A DNA stretch of 61,844 nt, filler included, from Candidatus Woesearchaeota archaeon CG1_02_57_44 (GTDB lineage: Archaea; Nanobdellota; Nanobdellia; Woesearchaeales; CG1-02-57-44): NCBI GenBank assembly GCA_001871415.1. It is 6 parts of 6 records of this genome, joined end to end, with 100 filler letters (N's around TTAATTAATTAA, not from the genome) between each part and the next. Parts side by side here need not be neighbours in the genome. Positions count along the whole stretch, not along the records: positions 39,911 to 48,820 come from MNWW01000023.1; positions 48,921 to 61,844 come from MNWW01000016.1; 4 more parts are not named here. One strand, written 5' to 3'. The notes beneath the pieces are model-generated. The model saw only the letters and a program-made list of their open reading frames with translations, did not search any database and was not told where the DNA came from. The first letter of the stretch is position 1. Each line of letters begins with the position of its first letter. The position numbers were made by a program, and so were the translations under genes. Of this stretch, positions 45,901 through 57,098 are shown one piece after another.

Positions 45901-48820
45901 CGCTACATTGCCCTACGGCCACTATGATGTCAGAGTGGAGGTCAATGACAGCGCGACGAATAACCGCAGCGTCGCATGGTCTTTTGATCGCTCGGAGAAG
46001 GTGCAGCCGATACCGCGGGTGTACGTGGATCCCGGGCAGAAATTTTATGAGGGCTACTATGCCAACAGCACCAGTCCCCGGCTCATCTTCCATTCCCGGA
46101 GGCTTCCCATAACGACAGAGTATCATGTCGAGCAGGTGACCATCAGCGATGGATATAACGAGCCGCAGGTCTATTCGGCAGATGCTATGGGCAGGCTCAA
46201 CAGCACCGCGATGAATCTTGACTTGCATGACCTCGCTCCGGGTGAGTATCAGGTGCAGGTGCACAGCCACAGCCTGCTGGACGCGGGCAATGACCTCTGG
46301 AATGAACTGGGGACGCATGCGTTCCTGCTGGACATTGATGACACTCCGCCGACAGCGACTATGGATTGGCTGCGTCCGGTCAACCACCTGAACGCGGTGC
46401 CCATAGCAGGGACCTACACGGAGGAGGATATCACTCCGACTGAGAACATCTGGTATGTGGAGATAAAGAACAGCAATCCGCTCAATCCTGCTGTCGTGGC
46501 TGCCAGGAACCTGACCAGCGTCAGTCAGGGGCATTTCAGTGGTACCATCGATCTTTACCATCAGTCCCTGAACACGGCGCCCGGTGCGCGGGATTTCCTG
46601 CTGACCGTCTGCAACAAGGGAGGCCGCTGCGAGGTGACGCAGCAGAGCATCCTCTACGAGAAGATACTGCCGACCGCGTCCATCAGCGGTGTCTGCCCCG
46701 CGGATGCCGCGGCAGACGCGCAGAGGACAGACTGCACGCTGCCGCTGCCGGTCTGGTCAACGCAAGAAACGATGCGTCTCTGGCTCAAGGCAGAGGACTT
46801 GGGAGCGTTCAAGAGCGGCATCGCCTCTGTGGAATGGTGCGCGAGGGATTGCGCCGCGGCTGACGATGGTGCGGGGACGGGTGGAAGCGCGGCCCCGGCC
46901 GACCCCGCCGCAGGATGGCACCTGCTGGACACGCTGAGCAACACCAACGGTGAGACTATAACGCCCGAGACCATGGCCTCTCCCGTCTATGCCCCTCTCA
47001 TTGTCTCCGGCGAGCAGCAAGATCCCTACAGCATCCGTGTGACAGACGTGGCAGGCAATGTCAGGACCGTGCAGCTGCCGATACAGCAGGATTCCATCGC
47101 GCCGCAGACAAGTGTGCAGTTGACGCTCTTGGACCCTGTCAATGGCGACAGCGTAGTCAGTCCAGACGACCTCAGGGACACATGGCAGCAAAAGAAGGTG
47201 CGCGTCGTGCTGACTGCCTCCGATGATGGCTCCGGTGTTGAGCAGCTGACCGCGACCTTGTGTCATGACCGTGACACGTCAGGAGGGGACATCACTCCTG
47301 TCTGTCAGGACTACGATGCCAACGCCGCGCCGTATCGCGTGAGCTTGGAGCTGGAATCAGACAATCACTACACACTGACGTGGCGCGCGCAGGACAAGGC
47401 AGGTCATAGCGAGGAAGAGCAGAACCTTGCTTTTGGTATCGATAAGTCGATTCCGACAGTATCCATTGGGACAGTGGGTGCGCTCTCAGGTGTCTGGGAT
47501 GCGGCGACGAGGACGTTCACCACAGGGCAGCTCACCGGTCTGCAGGTGACTGGCAGCGCGGCAGATGCGTTCAGCGGCATTGTTGAGTCACGCGTCTATT
47601 TGCGTCGCGACGGGCAGAACGCGGCGCAGTCACCGTTCTATGAGCTCATTATACAGGACGATGGGACCTTCTCCATTGACACGGTCGCGGCGCTCATCCC
47701 CGCAGGGACAGCGAGCGCGAAGGTGAATCTCAGTGTCAATGCCACAGATGTGGCAGGCAACAAGGGCTCTGATTGGGCGACCTTGCGCTTTGACCTCAAG
47801 GGGCCGGACGTGACGATAGTGCAGCCCACGACGGTCTATGGTACGGACATCTACGCCAGGACCGGGACGCCGGAGATAGTGGCGGCCACTGATGAGCACG
47901 CGATATGCGAGCTGTCGCGAAGCGGCATCGCCGTGGCCTACGGCATGCAGTCTGCTGATGGGATTGTGCATGCGGTCACGCTGGCTGAGTCGGCGCCGGG
48001 TGCTTATACACTCCTGCTGCGATGCACGGATGACTATCAGAATACGAACGTCCAGCAATACCAGCTGCGTATAGACACGCAGCTCCCTGACATCCGCCTG
48101 ACACCTGACTTCGGTGTCCTTGACAACGCGCAGGTCAATCTCTGGAACCTGACGCGCATCGATCCGGACCTGGGCGCGTATGGCACAACCATGGTCGCCA
48201 TTGACACGCATGGTGATCCGCTCTCCTGCGAGTATGTTTCCTGCACCGCGAGTGGCGGCCCGTCAGATCTGACCGCAGGACCCTGCCAGAATCCGGCGAA
48301 TCATCCGGAGCCGTTTGGCCAGGAAGGATTTGCTGTCCAACAGCGGGAGTCTGTTACATTCCTGCCAAATGGCGCCTACCAGACCGACTGGGCGCGGGAA
48401 TACGCCTATGAGGTATCCTGCACAGACAAGGCAGGCAACATCGACACCGCGAGCGTTCGCCTTGACCTGGTCATACCTGAGCAGTTCTCTATCATCCCCG
48501 TATATCCGGTCGAGAACGGCTTGGTGGGAGTAGCGACACCGACCATCCGTTTCCTGACCAATGAGTGGGCCAGCTGCGCCATCCCCGGTTTGCTGGCAGA
48601 GGAGCAATCAGCGTTCGAGCATCAGGCGCAGGTGACGAGCGCCTATCAGGAGGGCCAGCAGTCTATCACCATCAGCTGCACCTCCGAGATGGGTCATCAG
48701 GACACCAGGACAATAACCTTCACGGTCGATCTTTCAGCGCCCTCCATAGCGTCATTGGCCGCGGATAATCAGGTGAAGGATGCAGCAAGCCGCAATACGC
48801 GCACGACCTTCGCATGGCAG
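39911..48820 (+). CDS. Internal fragment of a giant acidic surface protein (Cys-rich + Ig-like), truncated at both ends
   Basis: Single open frame across the whole 8.9-kb contig; Cys-dense region, then DxxPP/ATDxxGN Ig-like repeats. Confidence 0.9.
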
Positions 48821-48920
48821 NNNNNNNNNNNNNNNNNNNNNNNNNNNNNNNNNNNNNNNNNNNNTTAATTAATTAANNNNNNNNNNNNNNNNNNNNNNNN
48901 NNNNNNNNNNNNNNNNNNNN
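48821..48920. other. Artificial contig spacer
   Basis: N-TTAATTAATTAA-N. Confidence 0.98.
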
Positions 48921-49019
48921 TTATAAAGGTTTTGTGTGATGTCGGGTCGGTTGCTGAATCTCTGACCCCACGAGGTCAAGGTATGGGGCTGTGGCATAGA
49001 CCCTTCATAGCAACGTTAT

Positions 49020-49152
49020 TGCAAAGCACGGGGTTGAATACCCCGTCCTTCAGGACGTGCTTTGCAATTCAAAAATCCGCCTGCAATGACGAGGCGCGGT
49101 AATACCGCGGCCTTCAGGCCGCGGTTAGCGTCGAGTGGCGGATTTTTGTTAT
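49020..49152 (+). mobile_element. 133-bp IS200/IS605-type palindromic element, copy 2
   Basis: One substitution (T at 49131) versus the other copies; GTTAT before and at the end; 15 nt upstream of the purA ATG. Confidence 0.85.
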
Positions 49153-49167
49153 TGTGGGGGTATCGCA

Positions 49168-50934
49168 ATGGATATGGGACTACGGGGAAATCTTGCTGTC
49201 GCAGGCGCGCTGGAACTTTTGCCGCCGATTCCAGAAGTGCATCAAAAGACCCATGCGTCATATGCTCCTGGCACAATAGAGGCCTGCCTCTATCCACTTG
49301 TCGAATCCCATGATGTCTTCGTCATAGGTGGGGCTTTTTTTGGTGATGAAGGCAAAGGGAAGATAACTGCTGCCATCGCAGGTCATCCTGATGTCAGTCT
49401 TGTCGCACGCGTCAATTCAGGCGCCAATGCGGGCCATACAGTCATCATCGATGGTGAAGCTCATGCGTTTCATCTGGTTCCCTCAGCGATCGCCGAGCAG
49501 GGTGTCATGTGCGCGATCGGCCCGAACTGCTTGATGGATCCAGTAGCATTCATTGATGGCGAGCTCGCGAATCTCGCAGGCGTGGATTATCATGAGCGTC
49601 TGCTTGTCGGCAATGCCCATCTGACAGCGCCGTATCACTTGCTCATGGACGTGATGCGAAACCTGCGGTCAGGTGTGACAGCGGAGAACGTCACGACCAA
49701 CAACGCATCGACCTTGAAGGGCATCGCGCCTACGTCAGCGTCCAAGGTCAACAAGACCTGCCCCCGCATGGATGATCTAGATGGCTCGATAAGTGGATTG
49801 GCTGCGCTCTTGGCAAAGGATTCCGAGGCGTATCGGGGTATGGCGCAGGTGCGTGGATATGACGCAGGAAAACTGCTTGCCATCTGCTCGGCGCTTAATA
49901 GAGACATGCGACGCGTGCCGGACCAGGTACTCGAGTTCCTGGATGCGACAGACCCTGTGCAATACATCGTGCAACGCTGGCAGGCCTTACGGTCGAATCC
50001 TTTGTTTCCCCGTCGGGCGAATGTGCCCCATCTGCTGCGCCAGACCTTGGCATCAGGCGACAAGGTGCTGCTTGAGGGCCCGCAATCCTATTTCCTCTCT
50101 AATGCTGTTGCGCAGCACGCACGCTCTGCGACATCGGCCGATACCACCGCGGCTGGAATCGTGGCCGCTTCGGGCATCAATCTTGGGCAGTATCGCATCT
50201 TGACCGTGAACGTGGCGAAAGCGCCAGGTGCGTCGCGTGTGGGACGTGGAGCAAATCCGGCAGGGCATGTGCATCAGACGTTCTATTCAGACGCGGGCAT
50301 CAACACGCTCAATGACCTGCCGCAGGGGGCATGCAATGATTTTGATGCTATCCAAAGGCAATACGCTGCATCTGTCCGTCACAATGGCACGCTGCGTCAG
50401 ACGGAATACACGGATGCGACTGGTACGTATCTTATTGGTGCGGCCATGGCCATCGCTGAGGCGCAGACTTTCGGCGAGCGAGGCGCGACCACGAGAAAGC
50501 CTCGCGTCACCGGGCTCTTTGATTGTGTCACCCATGCCGAAGTCATGCGTGCGCAAGGGCCATATACAGTCATCTCTGCTGTCGACAGAGGAGATGCGAT
50601 GGATATGGTGGGTGTGGTCATCGCCTATGTCTACCACCATCCGGATGGCGAGGAGACTTCATGCGAAGGACAGGTCTACCGTAACGGTGATATCATCCGC
50701 CCCGGTGATCCAATGCCATACGAGACGGTGCTGGGATCCTGCCATCCCATCATTAAGATGGTACAGGGATGGAAAGGAACACCGATAGCGGCCGACAAGT
50801 GGGATGCGTCGCAGGGCCTGCCTCTTGGTGTCCAGGAGTTCGTCGGCACCATAGAACAGGCCACCGGAGCCAAGGTGATGGCCATCGGCAATGGCCCGGA
50901 GACGGATTCGCTCATCTATCTGGCGGCAAAGTAA
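49168..50934 (+). CDS. purA: Adenylosuccinate synthetase, long form (~588 aa)
   Basis: GAFFGDEGKGK, NSGANAGHT, FHLVPS, LEGPQ, GATTRKPR. Confidence 0.9.
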   Translation: MDMGLRGNLAVAGALELLPPIPEVHQKTHASYAPGTIEACLYPLVESHDVFVIGGAFFGDEGKGKITAAIAGHPDVSLVARVNSGANAGHTVIIDGEAHAFHLVPSAIAEQGVMCAIGPNCLMDPVAFIDGELANLAGVDYHERLLVGNAHLTAPYHLLMDVMRNLRSGVTAENVTTNNASTLKGIAPTSASKVNKTCPRMDDLDGSISGLAALLAKDSEAYRGMAQVRGYDAGKLLAICSALNRDMRRVPDQVLEFLDATDPVQYIVQRWQALRSNPLFPRRANVPHLLRQTLASGDKVLLEGPQSYFLSNAVAQHARSATSADTTAAGIVAASGINLGQYRILTVNVAKAPGASRVGRGANPAGHVHQTFYSDAGINTLNDLPQGACNDFDAIQRQYAASVRHNGTLRQTEYTDATGTYLIGAAMAIAEAQTFGERGATTRKPRVTGLFDCVTHAEVMRAQGPYTVISAVDRGDAMDMVGVVIAYVYHHPDGEETSCEGQVYRNGDIIRPGDPMPYETVLGSCHPIIKMVQGWKGTPIAADKWDASQGLPLGVQEFVGTIEQATGAKVMAIGNGPETDSLIYLAAK

Positions 50935-50979
50935 GTAAGGGCCAAAGTATTTAATAGCACCCCTGTCGCACACTACCGT

Positions 50980-51381
50980 ATGCGCTATCGGAACCATCAA
51001 GGAAGACGGCTCTTGCATCTGCTCAGCGCGCCGGTCATCTGGGCAGTCATTATTCCATTGATCTTCCTGGACCTATTCGCTGAGCTCTATCATCACATCT
51101 GCTTTCCGGTCTATGGCCTTAAGCGGGTCAGACGCGCTGATTACATCCGCATCGACCGGCAGAGATTATCGTATCTGCGCTTTTTCGACAAGGTCAATTG
51201 CATGTACTGCGGCTACGCGAACGGCTTTCTGGCCTATGCCAGCGAGATCGCGGCCCGGACCGAGGCTTATTGGTGTGGTATCAAGCATCAGCAGGGTGGC
51301 GGGTTTCACGCGCCCAAGCACCATGATGCATTCATCAGATACGGCGATGAGCGGGCGTTCAGGCGCAGATATGATCGCTGA
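50980..51381 (+). CDS. Small membrane protein with Cys motifs
   Basis: One TM helix; KVNCMYCGYANG...YWCGIKH. Confidence 0.7.
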   Translation: MRYRNHQGRRLLHLLSAPVIWAVIIPLIFLDLFAELYHHICFPVYGLKRVRRADYIRIDRQRLSYLRFFDKVNCMYCGYANGFLAYASEIAARTEAYWCGIKHQQGGGFHAPKHHDAFIRYGDERAFRRRYDR

Positions 51382-51482
51382 TGAGACTCACATCGCGCGT
51401 AGTAGTCTGCTGCGCGTATAATCATGGTATGCACATCTGTTGTCAATAACGCTTATATGTTCCCTGATTATCCCCTATCTTC

Positions 51483-51908
51483 ATGCCGAATTGGTATCTG
51501 CTGGTGGTCGATGAGGACCTATACAGATATGATACCCCCGTCGCGCTGCAGGGCGCGCTGCGACAGCGCCCTGATTGGCGCATGTGTCACGAGACAGACC
51601 ATCGTAAAGTGTTGGACTATTCAGGTATCGACGCTGTCTTGGTGGATAATGACTTCGGCGCAGGGCGAGAGAGCGCGCAGCAACTCCTTGACCAGGGCCT
51701 CGATGTAGGCTACGTCACTGCTTATGACCGAAATGGCCTTGCGCTCCAGGAGCAAAGACGACACGGTCCCTGGCCATTCGACCATCCGAATCTGACGCTG
51801 CTGGCAAAGCCTGGCAAGAACGTGAATGCGCAAAGGACGACCACGGACCTGGAAGCGCAGATGGTGGCATTTCTGGATAGTGTGACTGGTCCGCCTGAAA
51901 GCGTCTGA
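51483..51908 (+). CDS. Stand-alone response-regulator receiver (CheY-like) domain
   Basis: LLVVDED, VLVDNDF, YVTAY, LLAKP in canonical REC order. Confidence 0.6.
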   Translation: MPNWYLLVVDEDLYRYDTPVALQGALRQRPDWRMCHETDHRKVLDYSGIDAVLVDNDFGAGRESAQQLLDQGLDVGYVTAYDRNGLALQEQRRHGPWPFDHPNLTLLAKPGKNVNAQRTTTDLEAQMVAFLDSVTGPPESV

Positions 51909-52021
51909 GCTGCCTTGGGGCTGGGGCAGCATCACGACGCCGCGTGTACCGATACGATCAGGCATCTGCCCATCGGAATCATCCCAGAAGTTTTATTAAC
52001 CATACCTGTTCCCAGGGGTTC

Positions 52022-52561
52022 ATGGATAATCGCAAAATAGGGCTTGGTCTCCTGGCGCTATCCTGCATCATGCTTGTCCTCCTCTCGATCTCCGGGGCTG
52101 CTGTCTATCGCGCGTACCAGGCAGAGATAGAGCACTATGTCGATGCAGGTCTTGCCTGTCCCTCAGACCCGAATGCCTGCCCGCATGAGCAGCGCTCGCG
52201 CTCCATGATTCCTATCTACCTGAGCGCTGTGGTCATCGCCAGCATCGCGGCGCTCGGTCTGTACATGGTCGTCTTCGACAAGAGCCAGCAGGCCATCCTG
52301 CAGACTCTCGACAGGCAAAAAGCGCAGCTGACCAGTGATGAGAAGTTCGGCATGCTCATGCGCGGTCTTGATGAATACGAGAAGAAGGTCGTCAAGGCGA
52401 TACGGGAGCAGGACGGCATCACGCAGCAGACCCTGCGTTATCGAACGGATATGCACAAGTCTAAGCTGTCCTTGGTGCTCGACCAATTGGAGCGACGTGG
52501 CATCATCGCCCGCGTGCCCAAGGGCAAGACCAATGAGCTACATCTGAAGTTCGACATCTGA
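52022..52561 (+). CDS. Membrane-anchored wHTH regulator
   Basis: Two TMs flanking CP....CPH; C-terminal DGITQQTLRYRTDMHKSKLSLVLDQLERRGII. Confidence 0.8.
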   Translation: MDNRKIGLGLLALSCIMLVLLSISGAAVYRAYQAEIEHYVDAGLACPSDPNACPHEQRSRSMIPIYLSAVVIASIAALGLYMVVFDKSQQAILQTLDRQKAQLTSDEKFGMLMRGLDEYEKKVVKAIREQDGITQQTLRYRTDMHKSKLSLVLDQLERRGIIARVPKGKTNELHLKFDI

Positions 52562-52734
52562 ACCCTTTCTGTTTTCCTTGTATGTCCATCCTGTTGCCAT
52601 GTGCTTGACGATAAAAATACCCCGCATAAACGTTCTGTCGCCCATATTCGACCACCTCAGCTCATCCTACCCCTTCAGTTTCACCCGTAAGGTATTATTA
52701 AAAGTCCGCCCTTGCAGTCTGCAGGTGAGGCCGT

Positions 52735-52938
52735 ATGAAGACAATCAATATCCAGACCACAGGAATGCATTGCTCCAGCTGCGAGATGCTGGTATCTGAA
52801 GCGCTCGAAGATCTCCCCGGTGTGAGCAAGGCCGCTGCTGATCATAAGACTGGCAAGATCTCCGTGACCTTTGATGAGCAGCAGTCCTCCGTTGAGGCTA
52901 TCAAGGACTGCATCAAGGAACAAGGGTATGAGGCATAG
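52735..52938 (+). CDS. copZ: Copper chaperone (HMA domain)
   Basis: GMHCSSC, 67 aa. Confidence 0.9.
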   Translation: MKTINIQTTGMHCSSCEMLVSEALEDLPGVSKAAADHKTGKISVTFDEQQSSVEAIKDCIKEQGYEA

Positions 52939-52940
52939 CA

Positions 52941-54527
52941 ATGGCGACCGAATGTATTACTATCAAGGCCAAGGGCATGCATTGCCCGAGCTGTGAGCAT
53001 CTCATCGAGCGCGCCCTACGCCGCGATGGCGTCAGCCATGTCCGGGCGGATTACGCGACAGAGCTTGTGGAAGTGGCTTTCGATCCTGCCGTCCTGACTC
53101 GTCATGAGATCTACGATATACTGCGCGCGAAGGGTTATCATCCCCATGAGGTGCGTGATTCCTCTGATGCGCCTGTCCATAAGCCGTCTCACAATAATCA
53201 AGATGTGCAGGATATGGTGCCTGACGCGCAGCACGCGCAGGAATCCTCTGCATCAAGGTCCCTACCTGTGCTGACAGATGACCCTCTGTCGATAGATGAT
53301 TCACTTGACCACGACATCAACCTGCGGCCTTATGGTCTGGTCATAGCAATCATCGGTCTGTTCCTGATGGGCTACTATGGCCTTCGTATCTACAGTTCTG
53401 TCTCCTTGCCAGCGCTCGATGCCGGCGCAGGACTGGGCCTTATCTTTGTCGTTGGGCTTCTGACAGGATTTCACTGCATCGGCATGTGCGGCGGTTTCGT
53501 GGTCGGCTATAGCACAAGGCAGGTGAAGGAAGGGAAGTCCGCGGCAACTGCGCACGCGCAGTACGCGCTCGGCAAGACCCTGTCGTATACCGTCATCGGT
53601 GGTCTTTTCGGCTTGCTTGGCTCGTTCATCGCATTCACGCCCGCGCTGCGCGGATGGGCTGCCATCCTGGCAGGATTCTTCCTGGTCATCTACGGTTTGA
53701 ACATGCTGAATGTCGCGCCATGGCTGCGTCGCATCCGCATCCCGGTCCCAAAGAAGTTCGCCAGGCGTATGCATGAAACAGGAGCAAAAGCGAAAAGTCC
53801 CTTGGTCATCGGCCTGCTCAACGGTCTGATGATAGCATGTGGTCCGTTGCAGGCCATGTATATATTGGCGGCAGGAACCGGTAGCATGGTGGAAGGAGCG
53901 AAGATGCTGCTGGTCTTCGGGCTGGGCACCCTGCCCGTCCTCTTGGGCTTCGGCTTTGTGACGACCATCATCAGCCGCCAGGCGACGACGAAGATCCTCA
54001 AGGCATCAGGCGCTATCGTCATCATCCTGGGCATCATAATGCTCAACCGCGGTCTTGCGTTGACCGGATCAGGTCTGGACAGCAAGTCCCTTATGGCGAC
54101 CGTCTACGCGAAAGACCTGGGCTCTTCGGGAAGCGGCGCTTCAGACATCGTCATGGAGGATGGCTACCAGATAATCAACATGGACGTGACGCGCTCTGGC
54201 TGGGGCCCTGATACGTTCGTGCTCAAGCGGGGCGTGCCGGTAAAGTGGGTCATCAATGGCAAGGAGATAAACAGCTGCAACCGTGCCATCCAAGTCCCCA
54301 GCCTCAACCTGCGCTTTGACATCAAGCCAGGCCTGCAGACCATCGAATTCACACCAGACAAGGAAGGAGTCGTCCCCTGGAGCTGCTGGATGGGTATGAT
54401 CCCAGGAACATTCATCGTGCGGGATGATCCATCGAGCGTGACCGATGCCGCGGCATTCGCGCAGGAAGCCCCCCGTTCCGCAGGGTCTTGCGGCGGGGGC
54501 AGTGGTGGCTGCGGATGCGGTGGATGA
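52941..54527 (+). CDS. HMA + DsbD_2/TauE-like TM domain + cupredoxin-like fusion
   Basis: GMHCPSC; HCIGMCGG; LMIACGPL; WSCWMGM; C-terminal SCGGGSGGCGCGG. Confidence 0.85.
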   Translation: MATECITIKAKGMHCPSCEHLIERALRRDGVSHVRADYATELVEVAFDPAVLTRHEIYDILRAKGYHPHEVRDSSDAPVHKPSHNNQDVQDMVPDAQHAQESSASRSLPVLTDDPLSIDDSLDHDINLRPYGLVIAIIGLFLMGYYGLRIYSSVSLPALDAGAGLGLIFVVGLLTGFHCIGMCGGFVVGYSTRQVKEGKSAATAHAQYALGKTLSYTVIGGLFGLLGSFIAFTPALRGWAAILAGFFLVIYGLNMLNVAPWLRRIRIPVPKKFARRMHETGAKAKSPLVIGLLNGLMIACGPLQAMYILAAGTGSMVEGAKMLLVFGLGTLPVLLGFGFVTTIISRQATTKILKASGAIVIILGIIMLNRGLALTGSGLDSKSLMATVYAKDLGSSGSGASDIVMEDGYQIINMDVTRSGWGPDTFVLKRGVPVKWVINGKEINSCNRAIQVPSLNLRFDIKPGLQTIEFTPDKEGVVPWSCWMGMIPGTFIVRDDPSSVTDAAAFAQEAPRSAGSCGGGSGGCGCGG

Positions 54528-54690
54528 GGGAGAAGACAGCCAGAGATATCGTCACTATGCGCAATAACCTTTGCAAAGATAGTAAAGGTTAAGTAGAGGG
54601 GATAAACTACATATTGATGCCTGCCTTGGTTTCGCTCGTGACCGGAAGATCCTGTCTGGGCCTTCGGGGCATACATCGGAGCTGATCACT

Positions 54691-56937
54691 ATGGACCATG
54701 AACACCACGACCACGCTGTAGCTGGTCGCACGAAGCTTGCGGATGGCAAGCAGATGACGACCGAACTGACTGTAGCAGGCATGCACTGCCAGTCCTGCGT
54801 AACGCTGGTGGAGCGAACGCTCAAGAAGCTGCCGGGGGTGACTGATGCTGTGGTCAACTTGGCTACAGGCAAGGCCACGGTGCATCATAATCCGAAAAGC
54901 ACGTCTGAGCAGGACATCATGGACGCTATCAGCAAGCGTGGCTACAAGCCTGCAAGAGCGCAGGATGATGGTCCTGCGGCTGATGAGATGGCGCCCTTGC
55001 GCCGACGCCTCTTCATCTCGGTCATCTTCGCGCTTCCAACGCTCATCCTGGGCATGGGCTCGATGCTGTTCGCCGCCATTGCCCCTGCGGCTGCAATGCT
55101 CCTGGAAGCGATCCCCTATCCGCAGTACCTCCTCTGGCTCCTGGCGACACCGGTACAGTTCTATGTCGCCTGGCCATTCTATCAGGGCGCGTGGATGGCG
55201 CTCAAGAATCGATCTGCCAACATGGATACGCTGGTGGCGCTGGGCACGAGTGCCGCGTATTTCTACAGTGTCTACCTTGTCCTGACCGGGCATGCAGAGC
55301 AGTTCTTCGAGACCAGCGCGGTGCTCATCACCTTCATCGTGCTGGGCAAGTACCTGGAGGCCACGGCGCGCAAGCGCACGAGCAACGCCATCAGCGAGCT
55401 CATGTCCCTCGCCCCCCGCAAGGCAAGGGTGTTGCGCGACGGCAAAGAGCAGATGGTGAGTGTCGATGAACTGGTGGTCGGTGACACCATCATCGTGCGT
55501 CCTGGCGAGAAGGTGCCGGCCGACGGCATCATCATCGAGGGTCACAGTTCCATCGATGAGTCCATGGTCACGGGCGAGAGCATCCCTGTCGAGAAGCAGC
55601 GAGGCAGCACGGTCATTGGCGCGACCATCAATGCGCAGGGAAGCTTCACCATGCGCGCGGAGCGTGTGGGCGCGGCGACAACGCTCTCTCGCATCATCAG
55701 GCTCATCGAGGACGCGCAGTCGCGCAAAGCGCCCGTGCAGCGCTTCGCCGACGCGGTCAGCGCGGTGTTTGTGCCCATCGTCCTGCTCATCGCGCTGCTC
55801 GCGCTGCTGGCCCACCTGCTGCTCGGCAGCTCGGTCACCGCGTCGGTGATCGCCGCGGTCGCGGTATTGGTGATAGCATGCCCCTGCGCACTGGGCCTCG
55901 CGACGCCGACCGCCATCATGGTGGGCACCGGCTTGGGAGCCAAGCACGGTGTGCTCATCAAGGGCGGCGATGCGCTAGAGACGCTGCATCGGATCAAGCA
56001 GGTAGTCTTTGACAAGACCGGCACTATCACGAACGGAACGCCCGAAGTGACAGATGTCATTGTCATCGCTCCCGTGAGGGGCGCTGCTGGCGCCAAGAAC
56101 GCAGAGAAAGACGTGTTGTCCGTCGCCGCTTCCCTGGAAGCGCGCTCAGAGCATCCCCTGGCCCAGGCGATCCTTCGCAGGGCCAAGCCCAAGGACAAGG
56201 TCGCCAGGTTCGCCGCCGTGCCCGGCAAGGGTATCACCGGCATCATCAGCAGGAAACAGTATTTGTTCGGCAATGCGAAGCTGATGGTCGCCCATGGCGT
56301 CGAAGTGACTGATGACGCCAGGCGGCGCATGCAGGAGCTGGAGTCCGAGGGCAAGACCGTGATGCTGCTTGCCGACAAGAGATTGCTGGCAATGATAGCG
56401 GTCGCGGACACAATCAAGGATGGCGCAGCGGATGCGATAGCAGGGCTCGCGCGCATGGGAGTCTCTGCTACCCTGCTCACAGGCGATAATGAACGCACGG
56501 CCAGGGCCATCGCCAGGCAGGCAGGCATCTCAGATGTCGTTGCGGAAGTGTTGCCTGAGCAGAAGGCGAGCGCGATCAAGCGCCTGCAGAAGAAGGGACC
56601 TGTGGCCATGGTCGGTGATGGCATCAATGACGCTCCTGCGCTCGCTCAGGCCGATGTGGGCATCGTCATGGCATCAGGGACCGATGTGGCCATGGAATCC
56701 GGCTCCGTGGTGCTGATGCGCAATGATCCTGGCGACGTGGCAAGGGCCATCCGGCTCAGCCGATTGACCATGCGCAAGATCCGCCAGAACATGTTCTGGG
56801 CCCTTATCTATAATGTCATCGGTCTGCCCATCGCGGCGTTTGGCATGCTCAATCCGATGCTGGCAGGGGCTGCCATGGCTGCATCATCAGTGAGCGTCGT
56901 GACCAGCTCACTGCTGCTGCGCAGGGCTAAAGTATGA
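54691..56937 (+). CDS. copA: Cu(I)-translocating P1B-type ATPase
   Basis: [34 protein letters not shown]. Confidence 0.95.
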   Translation: MDHEHHDHAVAGRTKLADGKQMTTELTVAGMHCQSCVTLVERTLKKLPGVTDAVVNLATGKATVHHNPKSTSEQDIMDAISKRGYKPARAQDDGPAADEMAPLRRRLFISVIFALPTLILGMGSMLFAAIAPAAAMLLEAIPYPQYLLWLLATPVQFYVAWPFYQGAWMALKNRSANMDTLVALGTSAAYFYSVYLVLTGHAEQFFETSAVLITFIVLGKYLEATARKRTSNAISELMSLAPRKARVLRDGKEQMVSVDELVVGDTIIVRPGEKVPADGIIIEGHSSIDESMVTGESIPVEKQRGSTVIGATINAQGSFTMRAERVGAATTLSRIIRLIEDAQSRKAPVQRFADAVSAVFVPIVLLIALLALLAHLLLGSSVTASVIAAVAVLVIACPCALGLATPTAIMVGTGLGAKHGVLIKGGDALETLHRIKQVVFDKTGTITNGTPEVTDVIVIAPVRGAAGAKNAEKDVLSVAASLEARSEHPLAQAILRRAKPKDKVARFAAVPGKGITGIISRKQYLFGNAKLMVAHGVEVTDDARRRMQELESEGKTVMLLADKRLLAMIAVADTIKDGAADAIAGLARMGVSATLLTGDNERTARAIARQAGISDVVAEVLPEQKASAIKRLQKKGPVAMVGDGINDAPALAQADVGIVMASGTDVAMESGSVVLMRNDPGDVARAIRLSRLTMRKIRQNMFWALIYNVIGLPIAAFGMLNPMLAGAAMAASSVSVVTSSLLLRRAKV

Positions 56938-57098
56938 CATAGGGCGATACGGTCCGGGACACGCGCCATGGCGTGTGCTGCAGATGACAGTCGTTCGCTG
57001 CGGTTGATGGCAGGGACGCCACAGCCCGGCTGCCTCAGTCTGCATCAGGCCTGTTGTCCTGCGCAAACCTTTTATAATCTGCTCGCTTTGTCTTCCTC

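Noticed and set aside
49135..50934. PurZ (2-aminoadenine pathway)
   Set aside because: The catalytic Asp in GDEGKG is retained, as in PurA, and there is no phage context. The ORF-track start at 49135 lies inside the mobile element.
54607..56627. Long antisense ORFs opposite copA (and similar ones opposite dnaK, asd and the giant genes)
   Set aside because: Shadow frames expected from high-GC codon bias, with no motifs.
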